Shown here: positions 24,597 to 35,636 of the stretch, piece by piece
Layout: each line of letters starts with the position of its first letter
How positions within the stretch are numbered: position 1 is the stretch's first letter
Source of the DNA: Eledone cirrhosa
Lineage: Eukaryota
DNA length: 64,000 nucleotides
Reading direction: 5' to 3'
Assembly (NCBI GenBank): GCA_964016885.1
Contig: OZ024743.1
Span: 219,480,001 to 219,544,000 of the forward strand
Notes under the pieces: model-generated
Seen by the model: only the letters and a program-made list of their open reading frames with translations
What the model was told of the DNA's origin: nothing
The model's database searches: none
Made by a program: the position numbers and the translations under genes

Positions 24597-25870
24597 AATC
24601 ACTACCTCCCTATGGACAACTGATGCTGCACACCACATCCGAACAGGTAAGAGCTGAACTCCCACTGTCAATGCCTCGATCTCTCTCGCACTCCATATCT
24701 CTCTGTATTATGAGCAAATGGGGTTCCATGTGCTGGCTGCCCCACGGCCACGACGGACAGAATGGAGAAGGCGTTTCACCGGAGGATGGTAAGAAAGATG
24801 CGCTGGAAGAGCCTATAACAAAATACTGGTGTGTATGAATATAACAGGAGACTCAGTTGTGTGTATAAAGTTTAATTAACAAGTTGAAGTTATATAGTAT
24901 AGAATTGTTGACATGTCAAGAGTAGATGAAATATGAAGTAAAGTTATTTGTTACCGTTTTGAAGTGAGCTCGCAAGAGACCATGTTCAGGGTTGCCAGAG
25001 AGTATACCCTCGGCGGGGCGAAACGCGCCTGGCCGAAGGCCTAAAGGGCAAATGAGAGAGAGTTCACTCTGAGTATCCCTTTTATAGGGTCCAAGACGGA
25101 AGTGACAAAAAGGGTTCTGCCACCCCAACGGGAAGTAACTCCAGCTGCTTCCTGTCTAGAGAGCGGTGATGTGATTGTCATAACAAGGGAGGCAACTCTT
25201 GCTACATTAGAAGAGCCATTCCATCTCGCGAGACACACCTGCGGCTAGCCAGCTCAGCGTCTACGGTGGTAAGTAGGGAGATAGCCCTAGGGCCAAAGAC
25301 ATCAGAAGTCTCCACTGCTAGGAGCAAGACCGCAAATCTGTCGGAGAGCGACCGATACTTGGAGAGTTTGCTCTCATCAGCCCGAAGTGCAGCAGAATCT
25401 GGGCTAGTGGCTAACTGCACCAGGTCGTGGCTGGAGAATGTGTCGCTGCAAATGGCATCCCAAATGAAGGGTTTGCCACCGCGGAATGGGAAGATGGTCA
25501 TACCGTCTGGTCATTTGCCGTCCCCTTAGTCCAGCCTCACTGGCTTGTGCTGGGTGGGGAAGCTTGCAGCATCCAAGCCATACTTTATGACCTCGTTGAG
25601 GGTGGCCGGCACTGTAGCGACAGGAAAGCGGGTGAGGGCCGAAAGAGTTCACAGTGGATCCGCAGCGACATTTATGTGGATCGCAGATCCGGAGGCCAAG
25701 CCTCAGGGAAACCCCGATGCGCAGGCTATCATTGTCCAGCTGAGTGCCAGTGGAGATGAAAGGTACGGCACGGAGCCAGGCACTGCTGTGGGGTTGTGAG
25801 GCTGCGCGAAAACATGCAAGGCGGTGATAGTCGAGCTGGCGCGATAGCCTGTCTGAGGCCAGGTTGCTTG
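24595..25870 (-). mobile_element. CRE-like non-LTR retrotransposon 3' fragment, split by a 396-bp insertion
   Basis: HPLSCRYSAG, GKPFIWDAICSDTF, ESKLSKY, AVETS; resumes after the insertion as WLFQRIFLTILR*NAFSIL; ends in (CA)n(TA)n. Confidence 0.8.
24814..25209 (-). mobile_element. Solo-LTR-like insertion with an 8-bp target-site duplication
   Basis: GAAGAGCC at 24806-24813 and 25210-25217; minus-strand ends (TAA)TGTAGCAA...TTGTTATA; internal TATAAAA and ATTAAA. Confidence 0.6.
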
Positions 25871-27340
25871 ACCAAATGCTTTGCTTATTTGTTTATTTAT
25901 TTAAAAAAAATGTTTTTCTTTTTCTTAGACTTATTTTTAAAGATTTTTTTTGAAAGCAAAGCATTGGCCCCTAAAATACTACAGTGGGCTCCTGCAATGC
26001 TACCGTGGGCCCACTTGCCATTGGGCAACCTGGCAAGTCTGCCACTGTATATATATATAATATACCTCACATTAGCCTTCGATATTTAAAATTTATATCT
26101 TTATTTTGTTTAAACCCCGCCCCTTTAAAACCTTTTTTTATTACTTGTTTCACTGGCTCTTTTGATTACCAACTGAAAGGAGTACTTAATACTTCCTCTA
26201 TTCAGTCATAGCTTATTAACTCTATACGCACGTTTAAATTGATTAAATAAATAAACAAATATATATGTGTGTGTGTGTGTGCAGTTATCTATGTACAGAA
26301 GTTGACTACTTACCACATTTTACATTGAAATCTAGAACATTTTGGAACTCACTTTATCCTAGTTATATATTCACATAACTTAACGTAAATACTCGAATAT
26401 AAGTTGAACCCACTATTTTATGGCTGAGAAATGCGCAAAAATCCAAACGTTAGTTACATAGAATTTGAAGTTGGTGAGAATCGTCAAAATATTGGCCTTC
26501 GAATATAAGTCGACCCCCTTCTATCAGTAGATACTGTGTATAGTCACATAACTTAGTTATGTGCTCACAAAGGGAAATAGCTCTTGCTTAAATGTTATCT
26601 ATATCTATATATAATACTAGAGTACCCATGACCCGTTGGGTCATGTTCACTTTAAAAGATTTTTTTAAAAATCGTGTTCACTTAAAAATAATTTTTAAAT
26701 AATAAAAATATACACAGACATGTATATAATGTGAAATGAAACTGGAAGGACTATATATATATACGTGAGTGTATGTATATATATATGTGTGTGTAAACAT
26801 ATACATATATATGTATGTGTGTATATATATATATATATGTGGATGTCTGTGATCTACATGCACTGGTCATAAACACACATATATGTATATATATATTCAC
26901 ACGCACTCATATATATATATATATATATATGGTGGTTGCCAACTCGTTTTCGAGTACGGCCACTACTTTATATCCATGTAGGAGAACTCCTACCGATGCG
27001 CTGAACGAGTGTGACTTTTTAGTCCAGCCAGCGACTTGAAAACTCTGGTACAAACACTACACTTGTGACAATTATTGACACATAGTGCTGGGCCCAGGGT
27101 ACCATGTGACGACAAGTGCAGATAGATCTCCAGATATAAAGCAATGCCTGTGCCATGAAGCTTTTATAGTGAGCAAAGGCACTGCACAAAGCCAGTCCCA
27201 CTCTCTTAACCAAGATGATATTTACCAAAAAGAAGAACAAGTCAACATCATTGGATACCATCAGGGTTGCAGGTGTTATATCAGAGTTTTCCTTCTCCTA
27301 GAATTCTGCCTTGACAAAGGCTAAGGGGTCATCTCTCCCG

Positions 27341-27384
<44 letters not shown>

Positions 27385-27699
27385 ACAGCACCACCAGCTC
27401 TCTTCCATTTTCATTCTCTGTCTCCTCTCCTTGTCTCTCTTTCAATCTACTCTCTCACAACCACTATCTCTTTCTTTCTATCTTTTTCTCTCTTTGTTTA
27501 CTTTGTTTATGAAGGCACCAGGAAAAACCCCATATGTCGGGAACCCGCGGTCCGATTTACGCGAAATTTGTTTTGTTCAATTTGTATTCCCATTTCAGGG
27601 TCAACTTCCTTTCAAAATATTTTCCCATTATGCGCCCTTTTGGCTGTATTACATTACAGATAAGCAAGCAAGCAATCAATCAATCACAGACTTTTAGTA

Positions 27700-28131
27700 T
27701 TATAAAAAATGTATACACCATTCTAATATATCCCACCCTTGCAAGCAGGGAAAAGTGGACGTAAAATGAAATGAAATGATGATATTGCCTGTGTGTATAC
27801 ATTTTTCGGGGACACTATATATATATATATATACATACACCAGTGTCCCTAAAAATGTATACACCATTCTAATATATATATTGCCTGTACAGGTAATCAA
27901 AGTGTGTATACATTTTTCGGGGACACCATATATATATATACCGGGGCCCCTAAAAATGTATACACCATTCTAATATATATATTGCCTGTACAGGTAATCA
28001 AAGTGTATATACATTTTTCGGGGACACCATATATAAATATATATACCGAGGTCCCTAAAAATGTATACACCATTCTAATATATATATTGCCTGTACAGGT
28101 AATCAAAGTGTGTATACATTTTTCGGGGACA

Positions 28132-28165
<34 letters not shown>

Positions 28166-30013
28166 AACTAGGTGTCGACGAATGGCTTGTGAGAGCTATA
28201 CAAGCCATGTATAAAGAAACAGTCAGCAAGGTTAGAATTAACAACGAATATAGTGAAGAGTTTAGCGTAAAAGTTGGCGTCCATCAGAGCTCTGTTCTCA
28301 GCCCCCTACTATTTATTATTGCCCTTCAGGCTATAACAGAGGAGTTCAAGACCGGCTGCCCATGGGAACTCCTATACGCAGACGACCTGACACTCATAGC
28401 TGAATCAATGGCCGAGCTAGAGAAGAAATTCCAAACATGGAAGCACGGCCTAGAATCAAAAGGCCTTAAAATTAACCTGGCTAAGACTAAAGTTCTAGTT
28501 TGTAGGAAAGAAAATAAGGCGGCGGTCCCTTCCGGGAAATGGCCATGCTCAGTGTATAGGAAAGGCGTAGGTAGAAACTCCATTTTATGTCCCAAATGCA
28601 AAGTATGGGTGCATAAAAGATGTAGTGGGATCACAGGTAAGCTAACTAAGAACATAGATTTTACATGTGGGCGGTGCTCTGGTGCAATAAGTAGCAGCAA
28701 GTGCCCACAAAATACTAGCTCTTACAACTGCGCAGAGGGCTCTATAGAAATAGTGGACAGCTTCCGTTACCTGGGTGACAAAATCAGCAGTGGGGGAGGG
28801 TGCTCTGAAAGTACAGTAGCTAGAGTCAGAACTGGATGGAAAAAGTTCAGAGAGCTTATACCACTATTAGCCGCTAAAGGGTTCTCCCTAAAAATGAAAG
28901 GCAGGTTGTATGATGCCTGCATACGAACAGCAGTGTTGCATGGCAGTGAGACCTGGGCATTGTGTGCAGAGGATATACGCAGACTAGAGAGGAACGAAGC
29001 TTGCATGCTCCGCTGGATGTGTAATAGTAATATACGTGAACGGCAAAGCATAAACGAACTAAGGAAAAAATTAGAAATAAGAGGGATCAGATGTTGTTTA
29101 CTCGAGAGAAGGCTACGTTGGTATGGACACGTGATGCGCATGAAAGTCGATAGCTGTATAACAAAGTGCAGGGCAATAAAGATAGACGGTAGCCACGGAA
29201 TAGGCAGACCTAGAAAAACCTGGGACGAGCTGATAAACTCCGACCTCACACACTTACACCTCTCCAAGACAATGTCACTGGACCGAGACCTTTGGCGGTA
29301 CTCAGTAATAGAGAAGACCCGCCTTACCTAAATACATAGTAAAACCTACTACAGCCAGTAGGCATCTCTAACAAAATACACCCCCACCCCACCCCCTCCT
29401 ATGTAAAGTTATGTTGGTGCCACACCAACCAGGCCGAAACAAATGAGATCGTGTAGGTGTCACGACAAAAAAACACACAGTCCACGCTGTAATGTGGCCG
29501 TGTAGGCAACACGGTAAAAACCTCCCAGACCCACACTGTAAATGTGGTTGGTGTTAGGAAGGGCATCCAACTGTAGAAAACCTGCCAGACAGTCCTATGC
29601 GAGCAAGACAATCACTCTTGCCTCAAGTGGGACTACCCCCGTCCAAACCCATGCAAGCGTGGAACACAGACGTTAAACGTTGATGATGATATATATATAT
29701 ATATATATATACTGGTGTCCCTAAAAATGTATACATCATTCTAATATATATATTGCCTGTACAGGTAATCAAAGTGTGTATACATTTTTCGGGGACACCA
29801 TATATATATATATATATATACCGGGGTCCCTAAAAATGTATACACCATTCTAATATATATATTGCCTGTACAGGTAATCAAAGTGTATATACATTTTTCG
29901 GGGACACCATATATATATATATATATATATACTGGTGTCCCTAAAAATGTATACATCATTCTAATATATATATTGCCTGTACAGGTAATCAGTGTATACA
30001 TTTTTCGGGGACA

Positions 30014-30051
<38 letters not shown>

Positions 30052-30650
30052 TGGTGTCCCTAAAAATGTATACATCATTCTAATATAGATATTGCCTGTA
30101 CAGGTAATCAAAGTGTGTATACATTTTTCGGGGACACCATATATATATATATATATACCGGGGTCCCTAAAAATGTATACACCATTCTAATATATATATA
30201 TTGCCTGTACAGGTAATCAAAGTGTGTATACATTTTTTGGGGACTCCATATATATATATATATACCGGGGGTCCCTAAAAATGTATACACCATTCTAATA
30301 TATATATTGCCTGTACAGGTAATCAAAGTGTATATACATTTTTTGGGGACTCCATATATATATACTGGGGTCCCTAAAAATGTATACACCATTCTAATAT
30401 ATATATTGCCTGTACAGGTAATCAAAGTGTGTATACATTTTTCGGGGACACCATATATATATATACCGGGGTCCCTAAAAATGTATACACCATTCTAATA
30501 TATATATTGCCTGTACAGGTAATCAAAGTGTGTATACATTTTTCGGGGACACCATATATATACTGGGGTCCCTAAAAATGTATACACCATCCTAACAAAT
30601 AATGCATGTATAGGCAATCAAAGTGGGTATACATTTTTGGGGGGACAACA
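27700..30650. repeat. Satellite of about 13 tandem copies of an 88-bp Tc1/mariner-type MITE separated by (TA)n
   Basis: Unit CCGGGGTCCCTAAAAATGTATACAC...GTGTATACATTTTTCGGGGACACCA has terminal inverted repeats; a solitary relative lies at 43454-43564. Confidence 0.9.
28162..29690 (+). mobile_element. Young 5'-truncated RTE LINE (open RT C-terminal ORF, about 389 aa to 29331) inserted in the satellite
   Basis: GVHQSSVLSPLLF, LLYADD, FRYLG, RLRWYGHVMR, GRPRKTW without stops; (GAT)n tail; (TA)n flanks. Confidence 0.93.
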
Positions 30651-30739
30651 CAAATATGAACATATATATATATATAGAGAAAGTGTGTGCAAACAAGCAA
30701 GCAAGCAAGCAACCAATCAAGATCAGAGTTTTAGTAGTA

Positions 30740-31436
30740 TATAGATAGATAAAAGAAAGATGTTTATTGGTTGGTAAAATCACACAAAAAGTACACATAC
30801 ACACACACCTAAAGAGAGAGAGAGAGATAGGCCGTTATACAGAGAGAGATACAATTAAAATGTTAGGTATTCAGAGAGAGAGAGAAGGAGAGGCAGAAAG
30901 AGAGAGATATGCCGTTATACAGAGAGAGATACAATTAAAGTGTTAGATATTCAGAGAGAGAGAGAGACGTCCCATATCGGCTTAAACTCTAGATCAAAGT
31001 ATATCAGTTGAAGGTTTAACAATATTGCGTTAGCTTTTATAAAGTCGTTTTACTGTCTTTGATTTTACAGAACAAAGAAAAATTGATACTATTTGAAATT
31101 AATCTACCCTCCAGCTTTTATCCATATGCTACTTACAGACCTACTAACGAAGCAATGTTATGCGGTATATTGCTGTGTTTCAGATGACGTCCTTTGAAGC
31201 TGAAAAAGATCATACTGACTATGGTTATTTCACATTTAAAATCCAAGGTCAATGCTACCATTTAATCGGCAGTTTACTCCCCCAGTCTAATAAGGAAGTT
31301 TTATTATTGTTTTTTTTGTCTCACACACACACATTACAGTCTCACCTCATACCAGACAACACATCCAATAGTCATTTTCTCTTTTATCCGTCTTCTTTTA
31401 ACTGTTCTCCCTGGCGAAGCCGGGTACCTCAGCTAG
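30740..31436 (+). mobile_element. Internally deleted Helitron with a RepHel remnant
   Basis: FQMTSFEA...TFKIQGQCYHLIGSLLP (Helitron-type N-terminal motif); 3' hairpin CCCTGGCGAAGCCGGG then CTAG|T. Confidence 0.8.
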
Positions 31437-31530
31437 TTATAATATAAAAGAGAGATGTTTCTTGGCTGGTTGGTTTAATCACACGAAAATTACACACACA
31501 CACGTCTAAAACGAGAGACACAGATGGAGA

Positions 31531-32600
31531 GTGGTTTTCTGCTAGCATATTGGTATTATACACAAATATATATATGTAAATTGACAATTTCTTCTTCCTC
31601 ACCCACTTATTTCTGAGAGGGTCGTGGGGGAAGAGTCTTTCTCAAACACTTCTTCCAGCGAGTCTGTTAGAAGAAAACATTTCTAACTGATCCAGCTGGA
31701 TCCAAAAGTGTGACCAGCCAAGCTCAGGGATGTTATCCAACTATCTTGCTGAGAGTCTACCTCTGGGTCTCTTGCCGGTTGGTTTTGCCTATAAAATCTT
31801 TCCTGAGACATTCTAACCACACGTCCGGAGCTGTGATCTCTCTATTCAGAGAAGTAGCGGCTCTACCAGGAGTGACTCTCTGGTCTCTGATCTTTGGGGG
31901 AACCCTATTTCTGCCGCTTGTATTTGCAATTGTATTTCTTTCGGTCATTACCCAAGATTCACGAAACCTCGGTAAAGGTTGGCAGGAATACCAGGAAGAC
32001 AGCGAGTTTTGCTTTTACACCTACCTCCATTCTGATTACTGAATGTTGAAGCTGGCGCATTACTGCATCAGCTTTTGCAATTCTTGCACTTAATTCAGCC
32101 TCCTGCCTTCCATCACTCATGAACACGGCCCCAACATACTTGAACTTCTCTACTTGCTTCAGTAGAACCCTATTCATATGTATATAAATTTGAGGGATTT
32201 CTGTCCATCCGTCCATCACACAATGTGTGTGCAAAAGGAAGGAAGGGGATACATACATATATATGTCTCTAACTAAAAAACGGCGACTCACACACGTCTC
32301 TAATTTAAGAATGCTGATAAACTCACATATACACACTGTCCTATTACCACTTAATATATATGGTAGTTGAAGTGGTGGTGGCGATATACCGGAAGTGTTG
32401 AAATTTGAAACTTTTAAGATAAGTGAATCTTGAAATAAGCAATAAAATTATTTATGTTTAATCAAGAGTTACAAAATTTAGTACGTAAATTATGTAATAT
32501 TCATTCATTATTTATTCAAAGTAATCCAACTTATTTTACTAACGGGATAAAAAAAATACAAACGAGACAGTCCCGCACTCCTCCCTTTATTATAGTTAGA
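31531..32600 (-). mobile_element. Non-autonomous Helitron-like composite element, copy 2, carrying the same RTE fragment as 4542-6609
   Basis: Colinear similarity with 4565-5529 and 6345-6609; minus-strand 5' end A|TCTAACTATAATAAAGGG. Confidence 0.6.
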
Positions 32601-32619
32601 TATATATATATATATATAT

Positions 32620-33148
32620 TGCACAATTACACCCCACCAAGGCGATGACACAGGACCGCGACCTCTGGCGCTATGCAGCACTACAGAAGACCTGCCCTCA
32701 CATATGCTTGAGCAGAGGCATATATCTAATAGGCAACACCTTCCTCTACCATCTCCCCTTCCATACACCTCTCTTTGCTGTAACCATCTCTCTTCCATTA
32801 CCTATGTCCTCAAGCTTCTTCCCCCACCCTCCCTAGTTCCTATACAACACCATGTAGTGCCTCTCCACCATGTGTAAAGACAAAAGCGCCCAGTCTACAC
32901 TGTAAAGTGGTCATGTCAGCAACATGACAAAAAATGCCCAGTCCACACTGTAATGTGGTCGTGTAGGTGACACGACAAAAAGCATCAAGAAAACAGAGTA
33001 AATGTGGTTGGTGGAAGGGCATCTGGCTGTAGAAACCAACCCAAAATCAGCCCCGTGTGAGCGAAACATGGTCTTCTGACCTGATTCTCTCCCAAAGGGT
33101 CAACCCGCCCTACCCATACTAGTGTGGAAAATGAACGTTAAATGATGA
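32620..33148 (+). mobile_element. RTE 3' end fragment (related ends at about 39015-39400, 45915-46080(+), 46093-46440(-), 51460-51710(-))
   Basis: MTQDRDLWRYA followed by the 3' UTR repeats CCCAGTCCACACTGTAAAGTGG and the ACGTTAAATGATGA tail. Confidence 0.75.
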
Positions 33149-33597
33149 TATATATATCATCATTTAACGTTCATTGAGAAATATATATATAAAGAAATAC
33201 ATTGGGATATATATATCCCAATGTATTTCTTTATATATATATTTCACTTAATTTAGGATATTGAGTACTTTATTTAGCATTATCTTTTTTTATCAACATT
33301 TATTTATGATATATATGCACTCGGCAGAGCATCGACCGTACATAAGCAAGATACAGATCCCTGGCCTGCTTGGGAGATCAGTGTCTCTGCCTCAGACCTG
33401 TCCAACCCTTACTAGCGAAGAAAGTGGATGTTCAAATGACGATGATGACTATCTTATATCATATAATGTTCTTGCAAATGGGGAACTGGGTAGAGAGAAA
33501 CTGTCCCAAAGCCTATCAAATGGACTGCACCTGTAATTCAAAGAGCCAGCATTTTTACACACTGTGTCATACTGAATCTCCCAGAAAAATATATTAA

Positions 33598-33812
33598 CCC
33601 TTTAGCATTTAAACCAGCCATATCCGGCCAGAATTCTCTCACCTCTTTCTGTTCAAACTGGCCGCTCATACTGATGTTAAGGTATTGTTCTCAAAATAAA
33701 TATTAAAATCTCATAGATTCGATATTATGAGATTAAAGGCTTCACATGATTATGTGAAGCCTTTACCATGAAAATACATTAGTAAATATAGAGTAATGTA
33801 AATGCTAAAGGG
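33598..33812. mobile_element. piggyBac-type MITE with TTAA target duplication (second copy 39844-40046)
   Basis: TTAA|CCCTTTAGCATTTA...TAAATGCTAAAGGG|TTAA, inserted at the TTAA of a family B SINE. Confidence 0.85.
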
Positions 33813-34373
33813 TTAAAGGAACATGTATCTCTGGAATGCTCAGCCACTTACATGTTAATTTCATGACTAGGCTGTTTCATTGATTGAACTACTGGGACAC
33901 TTATCATTGAAACCGACAGAGGTTTGTCTATCCCAGTTTCAATTATTTCAAAATTGATCAAGATTCACTCTCTTAGAAAACTGAGTTTTGATTCCCAGTA
34001 GAGGCCATTTCACTTTGAACTTTTTTGATACCAAAGTACCTGAAACTACTCCTGGTTCAATGATACAGAACTGTTTTAGAATGTTTATTTTTATCTAAAA
34101 ACCTTGTCATAATTTTATGTAAGAAACTTACCATCTTAATAATGAGAAAGTTAATCATATTAAATCCTTCCAAATTCTTGATTATTTTCAAAATGATTTG
34201 AGAATTAAAAGAAGTGTATTTCATTAGAAATACAGTAACAAAAAGGTTAAAGTTCTTGAGAAATATTGGATATCACAATCTCAATCACACATGGCTTTGT
34301 GTCAAAGCAAGAAATTAATTATTTGAGAATTCTAAAGAATAAGAAAAAGTAAAACTCTAAGAATGAAATAAAT

Positions 34374-35636
34374 TTATTTGAGATCTTTTACAGACTTTTT
34401 ACTGAACACATACTTATTGATAAGAATATAAAGAATAAAAATTTGAATAAGGAAGAAGCAATTACTGGCAATATAAATATATATAAAAGTGTTGTTGCCC
34501 TCAAATTCCAGGTAATAAGCAGGTAAAAGCCATATAGCCTGTCCAAGAAACCAAACCAGAATTAAAATGAGTCCATGGAATAGAGTTAGTTGCAGAGATG
34601 GTAGAAACAAGGGGAGGAGACAGAGATACCAGAGAAAATATTGTGAGGTACATACTTTGTTAAACATTACAAAAATTGCAGTTGAAAGGAACCAGCAGAA
34701 AGGTAGGTCAGTAAAGTACACAAATGATATAGCTACAACTAGAATGATCTGTGGGAGAAAGGCAATCAAACTGATTAATGTAGAGTAGTTAGCATCTGCA
34801 GTGAGGTAGAGAAGGTAGAAAAATAAAGAGAAGTTATGCCGGGTGTCTTTACGGCTGACGTGATAAAGATATGTCTCTTGTAGAAATGGCCAGTCATAGA
34901 CTAAGTAAAAAAGGGCAGTTAGTGAAGCTAATATATGAAAAGAAACTAAAGCAAATATAATCTGGTTGCTGTTGGGTAAAAGGAAACTCTTTAATTTCTC
35001 TACCATCTTGTTAGGTTTTCTAAACGATTCTGATGCAAGATTTAAATAAATCGATGGAGCATAAATTATGGGATATATTTTAGTATGTATGGCAATTCCG
35101 AAAAACACAGCTGCCAAAACTATACGTCTTTTAAGGCACATTAGTAAGCTATAGAGAACGAGAAATGTTATGATTGATTCAGCATTACCGCGTGTACATA
35201 TAGTAATAGAAATGGGATTATACAACCAAAACATTGAACACATGGTAGACAGTCTTGTTGAACAATGTTTTAGTTGAACTATCTTGTATATTGTATGAGC
35301 AGTTAGTAAGTCAAATATCACAAAAATATATTTCCCGAAATGATGTGAAATTAAAATATTTGGTGTCATCAGGTATGCCAACAAAGGTGTATAGCGGTAT
35401 GTATGTCTGTTATAAGGGGACAAGCCCTCCACAACATACTTTGCAGCATCAGTAAACACAGTGTAGTCAATATCAGTATATTTGACGTGAAAGTTTAAGT
35501 CTTGCCATATACCATACACAATAAACATAAACCGAATCAGGCCCCCAATCATTAGATGCCATTTCATAGGTAGTAAACTGGCTTTTCCCCAAGAAACATT
35601 CATAAGATGAAATAGGTATTGCACAGCAGTCTTCAT
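34374..35636 (-). CDS. PIGM: GPI mannosyltransferase 1 (PIG-M), uninterrupted CDS
   Basis: 420-aa multi-TM ORF with KYTDIDYTVFTDAA (DXD), SPYNRHTYRYTPLLA, TRGNAES, KIYPIIY, YLYHVSRKDTRHNFS, FNKVCTSQYFLWY; the true start may be a downstream Met. Confidence 0.96.
   Translation of the reverse strand: MKTAVQYLFHLMNVSWGKASLLPMKWHLMIGGLIRFMFIVYGIWQDLNFHVKYTDIDYTVFTDAAKYVVEGLSPYNRHTYRYTPLLAYLMTPNILISHHFGKYIFVIFDLLTAHTIYKIVQLKHCSTRLSTMCSMFWLYNPISITICTRGNAESIITFLVLYSLLMCLKRRIVLAAVFFGIAIHTKIYPIIYAPSIYLNLASESFRKPNKMVEKLKSFLLPNSNQIIFALVSFHILASLTALFYLVYDWPFLQETYLYHVSRKDTRHNFSLFFYLLYLTADANYSTLISLIAFLPQIILVVAISFVYFTDLPFCWFLSTAIFVMFNKVCTSQYFLWYLCLLPLFLPSLQLTLFHGLILILVWFLGQAIWLLPAYYLEFEGNNTFIYIYIASNCFFLIQIFILYILINKYVFSKKSVKDLK

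Noticed and set aside
24814-25209. LTR-like segment as the 5' LTR of the adjacent Gypsy element
   Set aside because: It lies about 480 bp from the PBS and has its own TSD inside a CRE element, so it is an independent insertion.
27904-28161. N-terminal 86 aa of the 475-aa ORF as a real extension of the RT
   Set aside because: It is translated satellite and (TA)n that happens to be in frame with a 5'-truncated LINE.
27700-30650. CRISPR-like look (palindromic repeats with variable spacers)
   Set aside because: Spacers are only (TA)n, repeats are 88-bp MITEs, there are no cas genes, and the context is a spliceosomal eukaryote.
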